Assembly: GCF_009914755.1 (NCBI RefSeq)
Contig: NC_060928.1
Length of the DNA: 64,000 nt
From: the human T2T-CHM13v2.0 reference genome, Homo sapiens
Strand: one strand, 5' to 3'
Shown here: positions 1-14,703 of the stretch, one piece after another
Layout: each line of letters starts with the position of its first letter
How positions within the stretch are numbered: position 1 is the stretch's first letter
Notes under the pieces: model-generated
The model's database searches: none
The model's input: the letters and a program-made list of their open reading frames with translations, nothing else
Told to the model about the DNA's origin: nothing
Made by a program: the position numbers and the translations under genes

Positions 1-2670
1 GAATTTATTTTTTAAGTTTTTGTATTGAGTATGAGTTTATTTGAACTGTAAAATATATAAGCAAATATTAGCAAATCACATAAACAAGATATTGTGATTT
101 ATTCTTTTACTACTGAAGGAATAGCTATTGGTTGCTCTAAAAACACACTTCTAATGGCTAACGTAAAACACATGCTATCTGAACTCTGAATTGTGGCAAT
201 ATTATAACTCTAAAAAAAGGAGTGGCAGGAACATTCTATTCATTCTCTTTGGTCTATAAGTCTAAGCTGTTCACAAATGCAGTCGCTGACCCAGGGCCTG
301 GCCAGACCGCAGCAAAGAATGAGGGAGAGGAACTCAATCGCATTTGACAGTCTCAAAACACATGAATCCTCCCGGGTGCTTTTTCCTATGTCATGCTCCT
401 TTTTGGAAAAGATACGGCTATGACAAGAAAGAGAAATTATTTTTTCTTTCCCACATAAAGATGCAAAAGTTATCCTGAATTGTGTCTCTCTGTGCCCAGA
501 GCTATGGAAGGCCTAGATTGCTGGAGGAGACAGAAACTGTAATTTCATAATTTTAATTATACTTTTGTCAGTCATTTACCATCCCAAATAAAGAGGGAAC
601 ATTTTCGAGTCAAGTAGGCATGCATTTACATCCTGTAAAGGTTTCAGCTTTTTAATCTATAAAATAATGATAATATTTGCTCCAATATTAGCCCTACCTC
701 CAACATGTACTTATTGGATAATTGCCATATGCCAAGCACAATTGTGGGTAATGGGAAGGAAGCAGTGAGCAAGACAGTCTAACTTTCAACTTTATGAAGC
801 TTACCTTCCACCTGTTGTCACTGGAACAAATGAGATATGTGTGCAGAAGCCCTGCTGTATAAAAGGTATTCAATAAATAATTACTTCCTTTTATAACAAG
901 AAAATAAAACTGTATGCACAACATAAAACTAGGAACTTTTATCAATATAGAGGCTATAAGGAATGATATTTTAAAGGAAGTTTTATAACATCTGGATCTG
1001 AAGTTTTATTCTTATCAGATGAACTTTGATGTTCTTTCTCTTAATTCCAAAATAAACAGGCATTAAATCTGCTTTAACTTTCATTAATCAACTAAAAAGC
1101 CTCTATTCCATTGTCTATATCTTACTAAATTCTTTGGGATATGTTTTTAAAAAACTGTCTATACATTTAGCATCATCTCTCATTATTCCAGAATGTGAAT
1201 CTGTCAATTGCTGCACTGTTCACAACTCAATTCATCCCAAGCTCTGTGCATGTCTACGTTGTTTACTAATTCAGAGCATCTTTCTCATGCTCATAACCTA
1301 TTCAAGATCCTGTGCATGAAGATCCTATGCAAGTCCTGCTTCCTTCACAATATTTCCCCAGATTGATCTAGAGTGCTTTGGAGTTCCCCTTTTTTCACTT
1401 CTTTTATCTACTGTGACCATATTTTCCAGACCATACCCATATTATAGAGAGTTCTCTTTTATTCTCTAAAGTACACATTGCTGTGAGTTGTTATTTAATT
1501 TTTCCAGAGTGCTTCCCCTGTCTACTCAAATTGTATAAGCTCCAGATGGGAACTCAATACTGAATGGGTGAATGATAAAATCAATAAATCAATCAAATTG
1601 CATGTGATTATTCTCTCATGAGGATAACTCATATGTTGTTAACTTATTTTGGCAAATAAATTGGTGGAAGAGTTATTGGTCTGGGAGGATAATTTCTGGC
1701 TCTTCAGAAATCACAGCCCATGCCAATGTGTATGTTACCTGATCCAGGAATAATAAAAAGGTCTTATAGGGATGTGTGCTAGAAAAGTAGTTCTGGGTGG
1801 ATCAGGAGAAATATGGGCCATGAATGCCACAAAAATTCCTGTAATGTTCTTGAAATGCTTGCTCCACTTTCTCCCTTTGGTGGGTAAAGGAAAAATGAAA
1901 ACTAGCGGTACACCAAAATCAGGAAAATTACTAAACATTGCCCTCAATTGGGATTCTGGCAAATAGTCAGCCTTATTATGTTTTACTGAAAGCTAATGTC
2001 ATTATTGCACCACATTCTAAAGAATAAATGGTTTTTAATGAGCAATGTGTTGATTAAAAGGAAGAGTACAAATGAAATCCATTTTAATGAGTGATAATAA
2101 TAATAAAACAGTAATGAAAATTAGTTAATGAAAGGTAGAATAACAAATGTCACTTTTCCTTTTCCTGATTTCTCATTGCAGTATGTCCTTATGTCTCTTC
2201 CAGATCTAGCACTAACCTGTATTCTGAACCAAATCAATGTAACTAGTAAAGTGTAAAATGCTGGAGCATTACGGTGATGATCTTTGTTCTGCCATTGCTG
2301 ACATCTAAATTTACTGATATTGATATAATAAGCCATTTCGTGTTTTCATTTGTATAAACCAAATGTGTGGCTTAGCTTATTGATTTTATAATCAAGATAT
2401 AGTTTACTGAAGTGTTTATAAAATGAACTCGTAAACACATATTCTTTATTCACTTCTTAATCCCACAAACCCCTCTTATGTGTATAGATTTAATTTTGGT
2501 AGAGTGGTGGATGTGAAAATGGCATACAAATGAAGATTGGCTATGTAGGCATTTCACTCTAGGAAAAGACTGTATGTCAAAGAAGGAAATAAGAAAGAAT
2601 TTAAAATGTGGTAGCTTTCCATTTTTGTTTTTGTTTTTTAAAATAGGTAGAGAATAAGTTAGTGAAAACT

Positions 2671-2997
2671 GAATGATGGTTACCGGAGGCTGGAAGGGTG
2701 GTGGTAGGGGAAATGGGGATGGTTAATGGTACAAAATTATAGCTGGATAGAATGAATAAGATGTAGTATTTGAGAACACAACAGGGAGATTGCAGCCAAC
2801 AATAATTTATTATACATATAAAAAATAACTAGAAGTATAATTGGATTATTTAAATACAATGAAAGGATACTTGCTTGAGTGATGGATACCCCCATTAACC
2901 CTGACGTGACTATTATGCATTATTTGCCTGTATCGAAATATCTCATGTACCTCATAAATATATACACCTACTATGTCCCCACAGAAGTTTTTTTAAA
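2671..2997 (+). mobile_element. L1MA-type 3' UTR fragment
   Basis: atggttaccggaggctggaaggg...gatggatacccc...atatacacctactatgt matches the L1MA1-3 3' end. Confidence 0.8.
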
Positions 2998-3089
2998 TAC
3001 TGAAGAAAAAATACCTGTTTGAAGGCAAACCGAAAAATGACAGACTCTTTACAGTTCACATATTTCCACATACAATACCTAACTTAACC

Positions 3090-3220
3090 GTCAAACAATC
3101 TCGTTATTAGTGTCATTCTCATTTCACAAATTAGGACATTTAAACTCATTTGGGTGAAGGTATTGTCTCAAGTCATGTGCTTAAATAAGCAATAGAAGCA
3201 GGACCACTACTCAGTCTTGT
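3090..3220 (-). mobile_element. MIR SINE fragment
   Basis: cattctcatttcacaaattagg...tctcaagtcatgtgc resembles the antisense MIR core; very diverged. Confidence 0.45.
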
Positions 3221-3656
3221 TTGCTAGCTGTTTATTCCAAGTTCTTGGGAATGTAGTCTAAGATACAGGTGGAAGAGGTATTTTTTAAAATGAGGCACAA
3301 ACTCTTCTGCTAAGGAAGGATCAAAAAGTATTTTCTGTTTGCCAAAAGATGAAAGAGTTAAGGATGTACAAATCCAGGGGGTGATGTGGAAATGTTCTAG
3401 AGTATTATGGAGAGATAGAAGACAATCTGGAATACCTGCTAGGGGTAATGAGTCCCAAAAAAAGAGTAGGAAAACGTTCTGAACAATTGTAAACAGGTTA
3501 CCCAGAAACCATAACTGTAGAGGATAGGTCAAGTTTATTAATGATGCACTTCTATTTAGGAATACTTAGCATTATTCTAATATGCATATATGTGCTTACT
3601 GTCTGCTGCTAAAAACCGCTATTTGAATTGCACAGTTCAGTTTAAAGGATTGAATG

Positions 3657-5063
3657 CAATAAACGGTGCTGGGAAAACTGAGTATCAATATGCAGAAGAA
3701 TGAAACTTGACCATGTCTCACCTTAAAAAAGAATCAAATCAATAATGGATTAAACACTTAAAACTAACACCTCAAACTGTGAAACTACTAGAAGAAAACA
3801 TTGGGGAAACTATCCAGGACATGGGTCTGGGCAATGATTTCTTGAGTAATACTCCACAAACACAGGCAACCAAAGCAAAATTGAACAAATGGGATCGCAT
3901 CAAGTTAAAAAGCTTCTGCACAGCTAAGAAAACAAAACAATCAACGAAGTGAAGAGACAACCCACAGAATGGGAGAAACTATTTGTAAGCTATCCATCTG
4001 AAAAGGGATTAAAAGCCAGAATATATATGGCACTCAAACAACTCAACAGGATAAAACCTAATAAACTGATTAAAAAATGGGCAAAAGGTCTGCATAGACA
4101 TTTCTCAAAAGAAGACATACAAATGACAAACAGATATATGAAAAGTTACTCAACATCATTGATCATCAGAGAAATGGAAATCGAAACTACCATGAGATAT
4201 CAACTTACCTAGTTAAAATGTTTTGTTTTGTTTTCCAAAGGATAGACATTAACAAATGCTGACGAAGATGTGGAGAAAAGGGAGCCCTCATACACTGTTG
4301 ATGGGAATATAGATTAGTACAGCTACTATGGAGAAGAGTTTGAAGGTTCCTAAAAAAACTAAAAATAAAGCTACCATATTATCCAGCAATTCCACTCCAA
4401 GTATATACCCCCAAAAAAGGAAATCAGTATATAGAAGAGATATCTGCACTCCCATGTTTATTGCAGCACTGTTCACAATAGCTCAGAAGGAAGCAACCTC
4501 ACTGTCCATCAGCAGACGAATGGATAAAGAAAATGTGGTACTTACACACAGTGAAGTAGTAGTCAGCCATGGAAAAGAATGAGAACCTGTCATTTCCAAC
4601 AACGTGGATGGAATTGTAGGTCATTATGTGAAGTGAAATAAGCCAGGCACAGAAATACAAACATCACATATTTTCACTTATTTGTGGGAGGAAAAATTAA
4701 AATAATCATGGAGCTAGAGAGTAGAAGGATGGTTACCAGAGGCCAGGAAGGGTAGTCAGGGAGGGTGGGGGGAAAGGGAGATGGTTAATGGGTACAAAAG
4801 ACAGTTAGAAAGAATAAGTAACACCTAGTAATTGCTAGCACAATGGAGTGACTATAATAAATAATAATTTAATTGTTCACTTAAAAATAAGTAAAATAAT
4901 ATAATCGGATTGTTTGAAACACAAAGGATAAATGCTTGAGGTGATAGATACCATGTTTACCCTGATGTGACTATTATGCATTGCATGCCTGTATCAAAAT
5001 ATCTCATGTAACCCATAAATATAGACACCTACTATGTATCTACACAAATTAAAAATTTAAAAG
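3657..5063 (+). mobile_element. 5'-truncated L1MA1/2-type LINE (ORF2 3' part and 3' UTR)
   Basis: ORF2-like peptide KRQPTEWEK; 3' UTR with A-rich tail; diverged TSD taaaggattgaatg (3643-3656) / taaaggcttcaatg (5064-5077). Confidence 0.9.
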
Positions 5064-5289
5064 TAAAGGCTTCAATGTTTCTTATTTTTACTCATTAAAT
5101 CAAAATAAAATTTGTAGAGCAATTATTGCCAACCCCCACCTTTTTAAAGAAAATGGAAGTTTTAAGTTGTTAATTAATTATAATTGCATATCTCTTTTAG
5201 TCCTTCTGCCACAGAAAATGAAATTTGATTTCTTGTACAGTATAAAGGTAGCCTCTCCACCCATATAATAGACCCTGTAACCACTAATC

Positions 5290-6990
5290 TTCCCTCAAAA
5301 TCCTCTCCTATTTTTAACCTTTTCTATTGGCCCTGGTCCTTTTCATTAATATAATGGTGATCAGTCTCTTCTCTCACGTATTAAAGAAAAATGTCTTGCC
5401 TCAATCTGTTATTTCTCTCTACTTCTAGCTCTAAATTTCTCTGTCTGTTTGTGGGCATCAGAATAGTAGATGAGAACATCTGACTTATTAACTGTGGGAT
5501 TTCAGACAAATTACTTAATCTTTAAAGGCCTTTATTACTTTATCAGTTTTATCATTGTAAAGTGATGATAATATTTATTATATAGATTTGTAATGATTCA
5601 ATGGCTTAGTTACTACAGAGCACTTAGTCCAGAGCCTGGCACATGGTAAGCACTCAAAAGGCTTAACTGTATTATAATTATTATTAGAATACTAACTCAC
5701 ACATAAGCCTCCTGGAAATGAAATCTATACATGTTATCTCCAATTCTTCATTTCCTATTTATTCCTTAATTTAATCATCTTCATCTAAAGACTATACTAA
5801 AATTCTTCCTAAGTCAATGGCTTTCTAATTAAAATAATTTATTGAATATTTTTATATTCTCTTACTTGACCTTTCTACAGCATTGAGGTCAGTGACTGCT
5901 TCCTCCTTTGAAAAATTCTCGTCTGCTTTGGCTTCTAAAATACGAATCTTTTTTTTTATCTTCCTCTTGCTTTTCTAGTCACTTCACCATTCTGAGTCCT
6001 CTTTTCTCTACTTTCCCCTAAGAGTTTGAATACCCTAAAGATTCCTTCTTGAACCTTCACTTTGTTAACCTTATATGCTCTCTTAACCTAGATATATTAC
6101 CTCGACTCCCCCTATGCACTGAGGACTTCCAAATCTTTGGTATCTAAATTCTGTATGCCGTTGGCTACTAAACATTTCCACTTAGATGTCCTATTGCCAT
6201 CTCAAATGCAATACAACCATAATTAATTTTAAATTTCCCTTTGTTTCCCCTGTTAAACCATCTTTAAAGTTGTATTTCCTTACGTATTGAGACACCAAGA
6301 AAGAAATCTGGGTAGCATTGTAGACATCTTGCTCATACCTCATTAGCAACCAAGTTCTTAGACCGCACTTTCTGCATATCTCCTTTTTAATCCATTCCTT
6401 TCTTTTCATCCTACTCATTGCCAGTGCCTCAGGCTTCTTTCATTAACCTTTTACAGTTTCTCTCAGCTTCTAGTTTCCCTGTCCTTCAGTCTACTTTCCA
6501 TGCTTCTTACCCAGTGATCTTTTCACTAAATATCTTAAGTTATTTTCACATCACAGAGAAAAATCCTGAACATACTAAGCCTAGTGCACGAGGCCTTTTC
6601 TTCTGTAACCTCTCCGGCCACCATGCCCTACCCAGCTTCTCCAGTGTCTCTCTTTTCACTTCGGTTGTCTCTTGTTAGAGTACTGTTAGCCCCTTTACTT
6701 TCCACCTAGCTCTGTCTTGTAATTTTTCAATCTTAACTCAAGCATTTTCTTCTCTAAGAAGTCCTTCTAGAATCCTTTCAATGTGCAATTTACACGTCCC
6801 TCCTCTGCACTCTCGTAGTACCTTGTTCATTCTGCCGTTACCAAACTCAGCAATTATTTTCCAAGGTGAAACACCTATTTGCATTCTCCCATTAAGGTAA
6901 TTCTTGAGGAAAGGTATCATGTTTAGAACTCCAGCATTAGTTCACAACCTGGCACGTCATAGCTACTCAATACTCTCTGGAAAGATGATG
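5290..6990 (+). mobile_element. L2 LINE remnant interrupted by a MIR
   Basis: Pyrimidine-rich L2-like body; L2 3' end ttcttgaggaaagg...cctggcacgtcatagctactcaata. Confidence 0.65.
5480..5686 (+). mobile_element. MIR SINE
   Basis: caaattacttaatc...cagttttatcattgtaaag...gcctggcacatggtaagcactcaa followed by an (att)n tail. Confidence 0.7.
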
Positions 6991-7158
6991 ATTCGCAAAC
7001 AAGTTTGTTGCTTTACCTATTGCATCATATCGCCTGTACATGTGTAATGATTTATCAGAAATATTTATTATAAATGTTTTAGTATTATGTATACATTAAA
7101 TAGTTCTAAAAGGTATTCAAACATTGACTTGAGAGTTCTATCCCTCTATTACTATTAA

Positions 7159-7429
<271 letters not shown>

Positions 7430-8832
7430 TGACAGATTTTATCTTATTTTTTGATTAATACCTTTTGGAGGTAATTCTAAATAATATAAAGATATATGAA
7501 ATAATATAAGGATGCTTTTTGGCTTTGGCATGTTACATTATTTTCACATTTATTTTGTTTACCTTTTCTTTTCCATTTACCAGTACCTTAGTGTCATTTT
7601 CCAATCTAAAAATATAGAGCCTTATTTATATGTGATAGCAACATCATAAATAGCTTGATGTATTGAAAACACTAAACTAAACATGTTACAGAAGAAGCTG
7701 GTGCCTTTCATTGGTATTATCTCCTTCAAGATGACAGGCAATCTCAGGAGGCCAGAGAATTCTTAGTTGTATGAGTTTGTGACTAATAGGTGGTTTGATG
7801 TGACAAGAGCTGGCCGTCTTGGGAAATTGAACTATCTTTATGCTCAATACCCTTTGTGTCTCATTCTTTGTAGGTTATTGTTGGAGGCCTTTGGGGACCT
7901 CTTTTACAGTTTGCATTCACAGAAAATATGAGATCAGCAAGAACTCTGTAGTTTTACTGTCATTATTGATCTGCTGCCATTCCATTCTGTAGCTAATTTG
8001 CTTGTTAGCAGTTATTCTAAAAGCTATTTATATTTTCAGTATAACCTATGCTGCATACTGGGCTTTATATTTTTCTGGATTAAGATAAAATAATACAACT
8101 TACCACCAAAAGACTGTGCTTTAGGCTAAATATTTTCTGATTTTCCATTTACAAATAAGAGTTTAAAAATCAAAAACATATTACTGTGAATGTGATCTCT
8201 TTGAAAAACACCATATAAGTTCAGATACATTAAGGGAAAAACAATGACCATATTCATGAGAAAATATCATTTGTAAAAAATCTTTTAGCCTATAAATTTA
8301 TATACAAATTACAAGAAGAGTGATGTATTAGGAATTCATGAACACTGTTTCTAAAGTTGGGATTTATTTGAAGTTGAACACTCAATAAATGTGTGGGCTG
8401 ATTGACTGATTCTCTGTTCTGAAGGTAACCATAATACACCCTTGTTATTCATGCCAATTGTTGAAGGTAAAAAGCCTCTTTCTGCCTCTCTGGAACAGGA
8501 GGTGTGTGTCCCCTTTCTGAGGTCAATTTCTGACACATGTATTCATCCGAAATGAATTTCTAGTGAGCTGGATGTGCATATGTGTGTAGCACCCATGAGC
8601 ACAACACCTAAATAGGGAAAATCCCTGGGAAAAACTAATACAAAACAAGCAATAAAAAACAAAAACAGCAGGCTTACATAAGATATATTTACCTCAGTTT
8701 AAATATGTAAAGTGAATGAAATATATATTTGATTTATTTTAATCATATACCTGAGCTATGGAAAGCAAAATATCCTCATTCCAAATTTTGAAGAAACTGC
8801 AATCCAAATACAAGCACTTGAGCTGATGTTAA

Positions 8833-8865
8833 TGCTGCCGCCTGGTGGTGGGGTAGGGATATGCA
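8833..8865 (-). promoter_or_regulatory. Candidate CTCF binding site (core plus upstream motif)
   Basis: Minus strand TGCATATCC-n5-CCACCACCAGGCGGCAGCA matches the CTCF core and the ZF9-11 upstream motif spacing. Confidence 0.6.
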
Positions 8866-9229
8866 GCGTTTTCAATGAGAAAGAGCCTTGGATTTTCATA
8901 CTCAGCCAAGGAGTTGCCGCGGCATAAGAAAATGTAACTGAAAACTGCATAAAATTCAGAGCATCAAGCGGCTGCAAAGACACTGAAAAGGAGGGCTAGA
9001 AAATATATGGCCAGTGTACTAAAAAGGAAAATTATAACAGATTATGGTGACGGAAAAAGTTCTCCAATGAGAATTTATACCCCCACATTCTTTGATTTTA
9101 CACTACCACATGGTTCCAAATTAAAACATGTACAAAAATACTCAAGAAATGGTCTCTGGATAGTGATGCCCGGCAGAAGCAAAGTAAAATTGTTCTGGAA
9201 ATGTCTTACATAATTTAGGATAGATATAA

Positions 9230-11690
9230 AAGATTTCCTTAAAAAAATGGAGACATTATGAAAAAGATTTGGGTGGAGAGAGGAAACAGAACTTCTAGAA
9301 ATAAAACATGTTACTCAGTGACATAGAAATACTAATGAAAATGCTTAACAAGGGATCAGAACCATCTGAAGAATGAATTAGGAAAACGAATGAGTGATTT
9401 GAGAAGGCAACTGACATTGTAGCAAAGAGAGATAAAGGGAAAGTTTAAAAGGGAGTATAGAAGAAAAGGGGGATAAAATAATACTGATACTAGTGGTACA
9501 AAAAAGATAGTACACGTAATACTGCTAGTATCAGAGAACAGAAAAAACAGCAATAAAAGGGAAGAGACAATATTTGAAAATGACTGTTAACTTTCCAAAA
9601 TTTACTAAAGACATTGGATTCATCAGTCATCGATTCAAAAAGGACAATAAGACTAGTATTGGATAGATATAAGTAAATCCCCATCTGTGACATACATGTT
9701 TGCAGAACATTAAAAACAAATAGGTTTTTAAAGGGAACAGAAGAAAGAGAGATAAACTACAAAGGGATGACAATTAGAATAGCAGCAGAATTCTCAGCAG
9801 CAAAACAACACTGAAAAATTTTAATAATAATCGGATTTTCCAAGTGCTAAAAAGGGAAACAACTCTTAGCATACTCAGCCAATCTGAACTATTATTCAAG
9901 AGTAAGAGCAAAATAAAATTATTTTGAATCTGGGAAAAAGAGAACATACTACTCTCCAACATTTATTAGAAGTAAAACTAAAAGGTATACCTCAGGAGGG
10001 AGAAAACTCCTAGAAAGAAGGAGCAGGATATGAAAAGCCTTCGTGAGTAATAAAACTGATGAAACTTGAGATTTATATAAATAGATATTGATTATCTAAA
10101 GCAATAACAACCAATACTATAAAATATTAAAGTGTAAAATGGGTGGTTTATTGTGAATAGGGCACTTAGGGCCTTTGTGTTATTCAGGAGAAGAGAAATA
10201 GCATTGCTCAAACCTGGGCTTCGTTGAGTCAAGTGTGCATGTTAAAAATATAGGGAAATGTCTAAAAATTAAAAATACAAGTAGAGTAAAAGGATGTAAG
10301 AATACTTTATTAATTAAATGGAAAGTCGTGATGGAGTAGAAGATTAAAAAAGATTTGTGCATTAATAAAAAAGCTTATTAATTAGAAAGCATAAAATCAC
10401 ATGGTGGGATTTTTTCCAAATTTATCAATAATCATAATTGTGAACATAATGGATATTTTATTTTAAAAAGTGAATGTCAGGTGGAAGGGAAAAAGTCTCA
10501 TCCAGTTATGTAATATAAAGTGCTGATGATGATAAGAAGAAAAAATACAATAAGCAAATTTTAACTGACAAAAAGCTGATACAGCTTTATAGAATGATAA
10601 TATCATTCTCTTATTGGAAAGAGCTTTCCCTTTTCCCTGTGTATTTATTTATGAGCAGAAAAACCTTAGGAACAAGTCTTATATTCGTATGTACATACAT
10701 ACATATACATATACATATATATGTGTCTGTAAATATATATTACAAAAATTATGAAACTTTGTTTTAAGATATTAAAAAAGTCTTCTTATTCTATAAACAA
10801 AACTCAATGTTCAATTCCAGGAAGATGAATGATTTAACTATCAAAAGAAAAACTTTAAAACTTTGGGCACAAACTATAGGCAATATCTTTATCAATCTAC
10901 TATAAAACAATAGTAATTAAGGTAATATGATATTGGCATAGGCATAGACAAAAACTTAGTAAAACAGAGCCTTGAAACTAACTCATGTGCATATGTGAAC
11001 ATGATACATGGCAGAGGTGATATTACAAATAAGTGGAGAATAGATTCAATGAATGATACGTCAGTTAATCACATGAGAAAGATAAAACCACATAACTAAA
11101 TCACACGCTATTCAGAAAATTAATTTCAAATGGACAAAATACCTAAACAAAAACCAAAATTTTTAAAGTAGTTAGAAGAACCATAGACAAATATGATTAA
11201 GTCTTCAGAGTACAAAACAATTTCTTATAAAAATACAAACTAAAAGAAAAATGTAATGAAGATTGCTGCTGCCTAATTAAATCATTCATAGAAAAGCAGT
11301 TAACTTAAACAAAATGAAAATCTGTGGACTGATGTGATATTTGCATCCCATATAAAATAAGAAAGAATTAATATCCAGAATAGACACAGAACTTCTACAA
11401 ATCGCTAGGGTTGAACAACTCATAGAAAATATGAGGAGAATATAAACAGGAAATTCAGAGAGGAGAAAATCAGATGGACAGAAAGATAAAATATATTACC
11501 AACCTTAACAGTAACTAAATCAATTAAGATTAAAATAATCACAACGTATAATTTCACTACTCAGATAAAAAATACTAAGTCTGCTAACACCAAGTCTTGA
11601 CAATGTGGGAAAATGAGAACACCTACAGAGCTTAAATTATTAGAATGACTTTGGAGAGCAATTAGGCAAAATGTGAATAGTCAATAAGCC
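9230..11690 (+). mobile_element. Ancient L1M/HAL1-like remnants (ORF1-like then ORF2-like)
   Basis: A-rich strand with degenerate L1 motifs (gaacttctagaaataaaa, gaattctcagcagcaa, ttaatatccagaata, actttggagagcaatt). Confidence 0.55.
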
Positions 11691-11695
11691 TTAAG

Positions 11696-11696
<1 letters not shown>

Positions 11697-11733
<37 letters not shown>

Positions 11734-11746
11734 ACGCGCGCGCGCA
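11697..11746. repeat. (TG)18 CA (CG)5 CA microsatellite
   Basis: Read directly; 50 bp of unbroken pyrimidine-purine alternation. Confidence 0.97.
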
Positions 11747-11764
11747 GAAAAAAGTATTTTCAAT

Positions 11765-11889
11765 CTGGGTGCAGTGGCTCATGCCAGTAGCTACTCAGGA
11801 GGCTGAGGCAGAAGGATTGCCTGAATCCAGGAGTTTGAGGCCAGGCTGGGCAACATAGTGAGACCCCATCTCCGAAAATAAAAAGAAAA
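11765..11889 (+). mobile_element. Free Alu monomer (FLAM-like)
   Basis: ctgggtgcagtggctcatgcc...ggcaacatagtgagaccccatctc plus A tail; single monomer. Confidence 0.85.
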
Positions 11890-11985
11890 TACGTGTTTTC
11901 ATGTACACATTTTGTGATATATGAATTATATATGTAAACTAAGTTGTATGCTTGATAAGGAGCTGCCACTGTGATTATTTTTTTA

Positions 11986-12402
<417 letters not shown>

Positions 12403-13763
12403 TCATTTTATAACAGAGACTACACTAAATCAGGCTTAGTTACAAAGTTTAGTAAATTCCAACAACTGTATGAATAGTTTTAAAAAGGTTGTTACACATA
12501 CAGGAATTGTATAGTTTAACAAATATATCAGTGGGTGTTTTTTTTTTTTAAATCCATGCAATAAAGGTTGCTGACTTTGTATACACTACCATCCAAAATA
12601 ATCCACTCACAAATAAACGCGCTCCGGCTTGAATACACTTCTGTCTCTATATCAGTTCTTTCCCCTTCTCATATGTAAGAGGAGTACATTTTATTTCTTT
12701 TTCCAAATGCTAGCTTTGATCTTTGTCATTTGGATTCCAAGATGGAGAGGGATTATAGAGGGTTCCTAAACCTTGTTTGTTTCAGGAAACTTTCTCTTTC
12801 CACTGAGCTTCCAAATATGTTCAGTTCACTGTCTAGAAGGATAAAAAGGAATACAAACCTCACTTATATTTACTGATCACTTTGAAAACTATTCTATTTC
12901 TTTCATTCATTTCTCTTCCAAACTAGGGAGGAGTTAATTTTAAAAAGGACTAAGAGTTTTAATAAAATACAAGATAAAATTTAGCAAACAATATTAAAAA
13001 ATGCTAATTAGGTTATATTAAATCTAATATAGATTAATGTAAAATGTAAAAATTTCCTTTGATAGTACCTGAAAATGCTGAGATATATTATACAGTGGGT
13101 CCCATTTGAAGTCATGTTAAAAGGGCAGAGATCTTATTGGAAACTGTTTATTTGAGAGTCTGCCAGTGCTTAGCTATTCCACCGCATTTAAACTGGGTTA
13201 CTCATATTTATGAAAAATTCCTAAGTGCTATGAGGATGTGGATAGTACTGGCGGAGTCAGTTTTCAGATCCTCCCCTTCCATAGGCACTCTTTTCTTCTA
13301 AAATGCATCCATTGTAGAACAAGCCCATAATTGAAGCATCTTACAGGTTCTTCTTTCTTACACTGTTTTACCCAATTATTCTTTTCGCACCCTACAAAGA
13401 AAGGTATATTTCTCATCCCTGCTGAATCTTAAGAAGGTACACTGGTAAGAGTTAAAAGAAAATATAAATCAATATTTAGGTACTTGGCAGAATCTTCTTT
13501 ATTCAAGGCATAATTTACATCTTTCTGTATCTTATGCCCATGTCTGTCAAGGCTAAATTGTGACATTAAAAACAAAATATCTGGTTTCATGTTGAGATAT
13601 GCTGAAATCAAATATATTGTACAGCCATGATGGCAACTTTCACTTAGTGATCTCACCTCTTCCATTCCCCAGCTATGGTAAAAGAATGCAGAGTTCCTGA
13701 GAGTCCAAGAGAGATCTTCAATAAAAATAATTACTCGTGTCTGTTTATTTATATCTGTCTGTC

Positions 13764-13781
13764 TAGCTAGCTAGCTAGCTA
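13764..13781. repeat. (TAGC)n palindromic microsatellite
   Basis: tagctagctagctagcta is self-complementary. Confidence 0.9.
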
Positions 13782-14703
13782 TCTTTTTATTTATGTGTCT
13801 ATAATTCAGTCATCTATGTATCATTTAGAACTAATCTATGTAAAATGTGTAAAAGGACTAAAGGTCAATTTCAGTATTCTATGGCATGTGTCCTTTTCCA
13901 TTTTCGGCATTTATTCTGGGTTCTGATAAAGAATTTGATGAGATATTTTTCCATGTATTGGCCTATGTTGTGATTCTTAGTTGCATAGTTTGTATGATTT
14001 CAAGGAAGGTGAGTTGAAAATTTTACATTCATCTTTGACAGATGGGTCTTACATTTTTAACTTAATGGAATGTGTTTCACAGATAAGTGAGTGTTTTAAA
14101 TTTTCTCGAGCATTTATTTCTGTTCATAGAAAAACATTCTTGATAACTTTTGCCAAATACTTAGAGATACCATCGATCTGTATTCACTCTTTATTTGGTT
14201 GCTGCTTACTGTCTTTTACCCTTCGAGTATCTTATCATTTATAAATATACACATTATTTTTTAGGTTTAATTTTCCTTAATAGGAAGATATTTGAAGTTT
14301 ACTGTAAATAATAAACTAATCTATAGTCATTACTTACTAGCAGCAAAAATGCTGCTCTCAGTCTTTCTCTCTCTCCCTGATTTGTTAATTTCAAGAAAGT
14401 ATATTAAACTACACTTTTAAGAGCAAGAATCTGCTTATTTATAGCCATAGGACAATATGTCCCCAAAATGCAATCTAACAGGTCTTAAAATTTATATAAT
14501 CAGTTTTACTGAATTAAGATCAATTCTTTTTTCTCGTATGTTCTTATGCTTCTCAATTCTGTTGAATATAACTATAAACTTAAAATTTTTAAAGTGATAT
14601 TACTAATATTTTTCTATAACGTTTCTCAAGTGTCTATTTCTTATGTTGTGTCTTTTTAATGAACTTTGAAATGATTATGAATTTGAAATCTGAAATTAAT
14701 CTA

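Noticed and set aside
240-600. Slightly GC-richer unique patch with TGACAG and homeobox-like motifs
   Set aside because: May be regulatory, but short motifs alone cannot support a call
2273-2320. C/D-box snoRNA-like GTGATGA...CTGA
   Set aside because: Too short and no terminal stem
7874-8465. Plus-strand acceptor at 7873 and 42-nt mini-exon 8424-8465
   Set aside because: No matching strong donor or recognisable peptide; expected by chance
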